DNA of 64,000 nt, taken from Octopus bimaculoides (Eukaryota). Position 1 is the stretch's first letter, and every line of letters starts with the position of its first letter. The notes under the pieces are model-generated. The model saw nothing but the letters and a program-made list of their open reading frames with translations. It did not search any database and had not been told where the DNA came from. Position numbers and translations under genes: made by a program. This document shows positions 60,061 through 64,000 of this stretch, piece by piece. The stretch is taken from contig NC_068997.1 of NCBI RefSeq assembly GCF_001194135.2, positions 27,791,858 to 27,855,857 of the forward strand, in the 5' to 3' direction.

Positions 60061-62548
60061 GAGTGTGTGAAGAGAGAGAGATGGTTAGTTTAGTGAAATT
60101 TATGTGATATTAAAATGTCTACCTGAGTACACCTATTAATTATCCTTCCTATCTTTATAATGTTCCACCTACTATGTGATACATTCTAAGGCCCACTGGG
60201 GTTGGTGAGGAAGAAAAGGCGAAAATTATTCTTAGACTGGAGACCAACCATGAATGCTTGCAACATTCAGACCAGTTATAGGTAACCTGTAGCCCATGGA
60301 ACTTGCTGAATGGCAAGCCCAATGAAAAATTATCTTAACCCTTTAGCTTTTAAACCAGCAAAATCTGGTCCAAATATTTTATGCTCAAACTGGCCAGATT
60401 TGACCTCTCACATCTACTGTAAAATGTCATACCAAAAATATACAATCACATCATCAAAATTTCAAAGCTATAATATAATTACGTTTAAAAATGTGAATAA
60501 ATAAGCATCACATGTGGCACAATAATTTGACTGCTAAAGGGTTAAATTTTTCATTTTTGTAACCCACCAGATGATGATTTCTGTTTCATGCAGCCCACTT
60601 CTTGAAAATGGTTGCTCATGCCTGATTTAGACTCTGTTTAAAGGAGTCAAGGGCTAGATGGCAGTGTTAAACAGGGTGATAGCCTCCCATCACAATAATG
60701 TACCCCTTAAAGGTGCCTAATGATAAAGTAATGGTAATAAACTGGATGACAGATAAATTCGAATACTGCAGTGTATCACAGAAAGATTCCCAAGGACAGG
60801 GTAGAAAGAGATAACAGATGATGTCCATTATTCAATAAAAAGAGATACAACTGAAGAATGACAAAGAAGAAAAACAATCACAGATGATGGATATGTGAAA
60901 ATAGGAATCGGTATAAAATAAAATGTCAGATGTATTTCTGATCATGTAGAGGTAAGCCCATAACCAAAAAGAATGTAGAAGAAGCTAACAAAAAATATCA
61001 TTAGAATTAATGATACTGATTGTTAATTAATTATATAAAATTAATTATAAATCAAAAAGTTAATTAAAATTCTTTTTGAAAATTAAAAAAACTAAAGATA
61101 CAATGAAATTAAATAAGAATTCTAGAAATCCCCAGACCCAAGAATTTAAGAGAAAAAAGAAAGGTTTTTAGATGGTGATGATGATGATGATGTGAGGTAG
61201 AAGAAACCCAAAATGGTGTGGAAAAATTTCAGAACTTGAAACAGATAAAAATTTTTTTTAAAAACCCCATTCCAGAGTAATGTGAATATTATCAATAACT
61301 TGCCAGTATGGTTCTGGAGTAATTCTTGGTGAGTTACATTAACTGAAAAACAACAAAAATACCAATATATATGTGTGTAGAGAGAGAAAGAGACATGGTT
61401 ATTCTTGTGAAATTTATGTGATATTAAAATGATTCCACCTGGGTACACCTATTAATTATCGTTTCCATCTCCAGAGTGCTTAACCTACTTTGTGACATAG
61501 CCTCAGGTCTACCAAAACTGGTGACGGAAGAAAAGGAGGAAATTATTCTTAGAATGGAGACCAGCCATGAATGCTTGCAACATTCACACCAGTAATAGGT
61601 AACCTGCAACCCACAGAACTCCCTGAATGGCAGGCCTAAAGTAAAACTACCCTGAAGTTTATATTAGTGTGGCCTGCCAGATGATGGCTCATGTCTCATG
61701 TGGCCCACTTCTTGACAACAGTTGTTTATTCCTGATTTAGAGTTTAAAGAACTCAAGGGCTAGATGGTGGTGTTAAACAGGGTGACAGTCTACCACAATA
61801 GTGTATCCCATAAAAGTACCTAAAGATAGATAGATGGTAATTAACTGGATGACAGATAAATTATATAATACAGTATTATACAAATAATACTGTTTTATAA
61901 TGTGCCAAATAAAATTTCACAAGACCAGGATAAACAGGGTGAGAGATAATGTCCTTGAATCAATAAATAGAGACATAACTGAAGAACGAAAAAGAAAAAC
62001 ATGATCACAGATAATAGATATGTGAAAATAAGGAATTCTTATAAAAGAAAATGTCAGATAGATTTCTGATCATGCAGAGGTGATCATATATGCATAATGA
62101 ATGTAGAAGTAGTTAACAGAAAATGTAATTAGAATTAATGATACTGATTGTTAATTAATTACATAAAATTAATTATAAATTAAGTCAATTAAAACCTTTT
62201 TATGAATCAAAAATTAAAGAAACAATGAAATGAAATTAAAATTGTAGAAATTCCGACACCCGAGACAAAAAGAATAAAAGAATTTTAGAGAAAAAGAAAA
62301 GAGCTTGATTTAAATGATGGTGATGACGTGGAGGAGAATTTGTAACAGAAAAAAACCAAGCATGAAAGGTAAAATGGTATGGAAGAATTTCAAAATTTGA
62401 AATAATAATAATAATAATAATAATAAAAGAAAATAAGCTTTCCGGAGTAATGTGAGGTAATGTGAGTGTTATCAGTAACTTGCCAGTATTGTTCTGGAGA
62501 AATTCTTCATGTGTGACATTAACTGAAAAACAACAAAAATACCAACAT

Positions 62549-62550
<2 letters not shown>
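60061..62550. repeat. Old tandem duplication, two ~1.2-1.3 kb units (~60061-61368 and ~61369-62550)
   Basis: Collinear shared blocks include gtgaaatttatgtgatattaaaatg, ccatgaatgcttgcaacattca, gggctagatgg..gtgttaaacagggtga, ttagaattaatgatactgattgttaattaatta and aacttgccagtat.gttctggag..attctt...cattaactgaaaaacaacaaaaataccaa. Confidence 0.9.
60339..60541 (+). mobile_element. piggyBac-type MITE family 2 in duplication unit 1 only
   Basis: TTAA-ccctttagc...gctaaaggg-TTAA (TSDs at 60335-60338 and 60542-60545). It is absent at the matching site near 61650. Confidence 0.85.
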
Positions 62551-62584
<34 letters not shown>

Positions 62585-63194
62585 TTACAGATATAGGGTA
62601 TAAATTAATAATTGATTAATAAATAGTAATTTTACCAAGTAGTTCGGTGTGTTAAAAAAACCATTATCGGTAAACTCATATAAACATAATTAGAATTAGG
62701 GTTCAGTAAGAATTGCTTCACCACACACCGAAAATTAGAAATAGCAGTCAAAGCTACTATTTCTCTACCAAAATATGACTCCCAGACAGGAATACTCGCA
62801 ACTTAACAGGCAAAAAAGAAAAAAATATTATTTTTTCTTTTTTGCCTGTTGCAAAATTGAAGACTGATGGTGTCATTCTGTCAAAGTGGGAACGCAGGAT
62901 TTCCATGCTTATATTTTTTAACTTATGTGTTTCTTCATTTTATATTTTGAACTTGAAAAGGACAGACAAGATGTCGAAATATCGTTCAAACCAATAAATA
63001 ATCTATTACAATCTCATCACACTCTTCTTATTGTCTATTTACCTTTGTGAAGAGTTACGTCAATCTTTTTCATACAATTCCTATTAATTAGGATGTTTTT
63101 AAAACATAGAATAGCTATGGGGATCCACCTGAGTAAAAAAGGAATCAAAAGGGTAATTAGTTAGAAAAATGGTTGAGAACAACTAGTTTAAAGG

Positions 63195-63345
63195 AATGGC
63201 CCCAAGCTTTTTTTGCACCACAGACTTATTTCGCGCAAGACAATTTTCCCACACACAAGGGAATCACTCTGCAGTCGACGATAGTCAATTAAAGAGAAGA
63301 GAAATTCTATGCGACTCTGTACCAAATGAACCACGAAACAGAGCT
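63195..63345 (+). mobile_element. Probable hAT (Buster/Charlie-like) MITE relic
   Basis: cccaagcttttttgcaccacagacttatttcgcgcaagacaattttccc resembles Buster-type subterminal sequence. Other hAT-like ends (cagtggttctcaa / ttgaagaccactg) lie at ~29485, 17720 and 16135. Confidence 0.4.
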
Positions 63346-64000
63346 TAAACGTGTCTCGTTAGCAACGAGAGTAGCTTCCCTTACATCTTTCAAGTAAATT
63401 ATTCATTTATCTCCCTTGCGTTAATGTCGTTTACTGTTTATAAGTAGAAGAGACTCTTCAGCTTTGGCAGAAAATGTTTATCGTGCTGGTAATAATGACA
63501 AAATGGTATGCAGTCCTTATTGTAAATGTGTTAGTCACTAACAAAAGGCTTATGAGTGTAAATATTATGTAAGAAAAGAAAAACGGATTAACTAAAATCG
63601 TGCGTTGTCGTGCGGTCCCCACTGTTACATATACAAACAAGGAGTTACACAGACGAAACCCAGCCAGGGACAGAAGACGAACACACGGACCTTCAAGTAA
63701 ATTTAACCCTCCATTGGTGCAGTGGAGTATCTCATACCCCAGGTGATGTTTGTATATGTGTGTCTTACATTTGGCAGCAAGTGTTAGTGCCTACCATCCA
63801 TGTAATTTCTTGGCACACTCCACTGAGTTAATTCCTAACTCCACTCAGTTACCTGCTGAGTGATGAGAAGTGTACACACGTATTATTTGTGTCTGGGGTT
63901 GTGCATACCCCACCATACCATTCACTGGACTATTTATTAACAGGTACATTTTTGTTTCCTTTTCTTTATTGTTTGTTATTTTATTTATTTATTTTTATAT

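Noticed and set aside
60230-61610. SIHGWSP as a phosphatase N-terminal exon in the duplication units
   Set aside because: There is an immediate stop in both copies, and its position is inconsistent with the exon order expected next to the terminal exon.

Overview
Eukaryotic, AT-rich and microsatellite-saturated animal DNA with 18 assembly gaps. The repeat landscape (RTE LINE ends with (GAT)n tails, several tRNA-derived SINE families, TTAA MITEs, very dense di/tri/tetranucleotide arrays) points to a coleoid cephalopod, most likely Octopus; this is an inference. Nearly every ORF in the track is an artefact of microsatellites or N-runs. One exon is well supported: the terminal coding exon (54376-54944, minus strand) of a purple acid phosphatase (ACP7/PAPL family). 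It carries an unusual Ser/Thr stalk, a transmembrane helix and a cytosolic tail, and its upstream exons are not recognisable in the window. A weaker plus-strand signal-peptide-like exon lies at 26057-26149. The rest is a patchwork of decayed transposons: Penelope GIY-YIG, RTE, R4/Dong-like and HERO-like RLE LINEs, mariner and maT, piggyBac-type and Mutator/Merlin-type MITEs, and SINEs. The most notable observations are minimal hammerhead-ribozyme motifs (one single, one inverted pair forming a 40-bp hairpin), a MITE family with 8-bp TSDs and variable cores carrying telomeric repeats, a microhomology-flanked 101-bp templated insertion inside a convergent minisatellite array, and the membrane-anchored phosphatase. 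There is no CRISPR array, rRNA or true tRNA gene. All alignments and folds were done by eye and no databases were searched.
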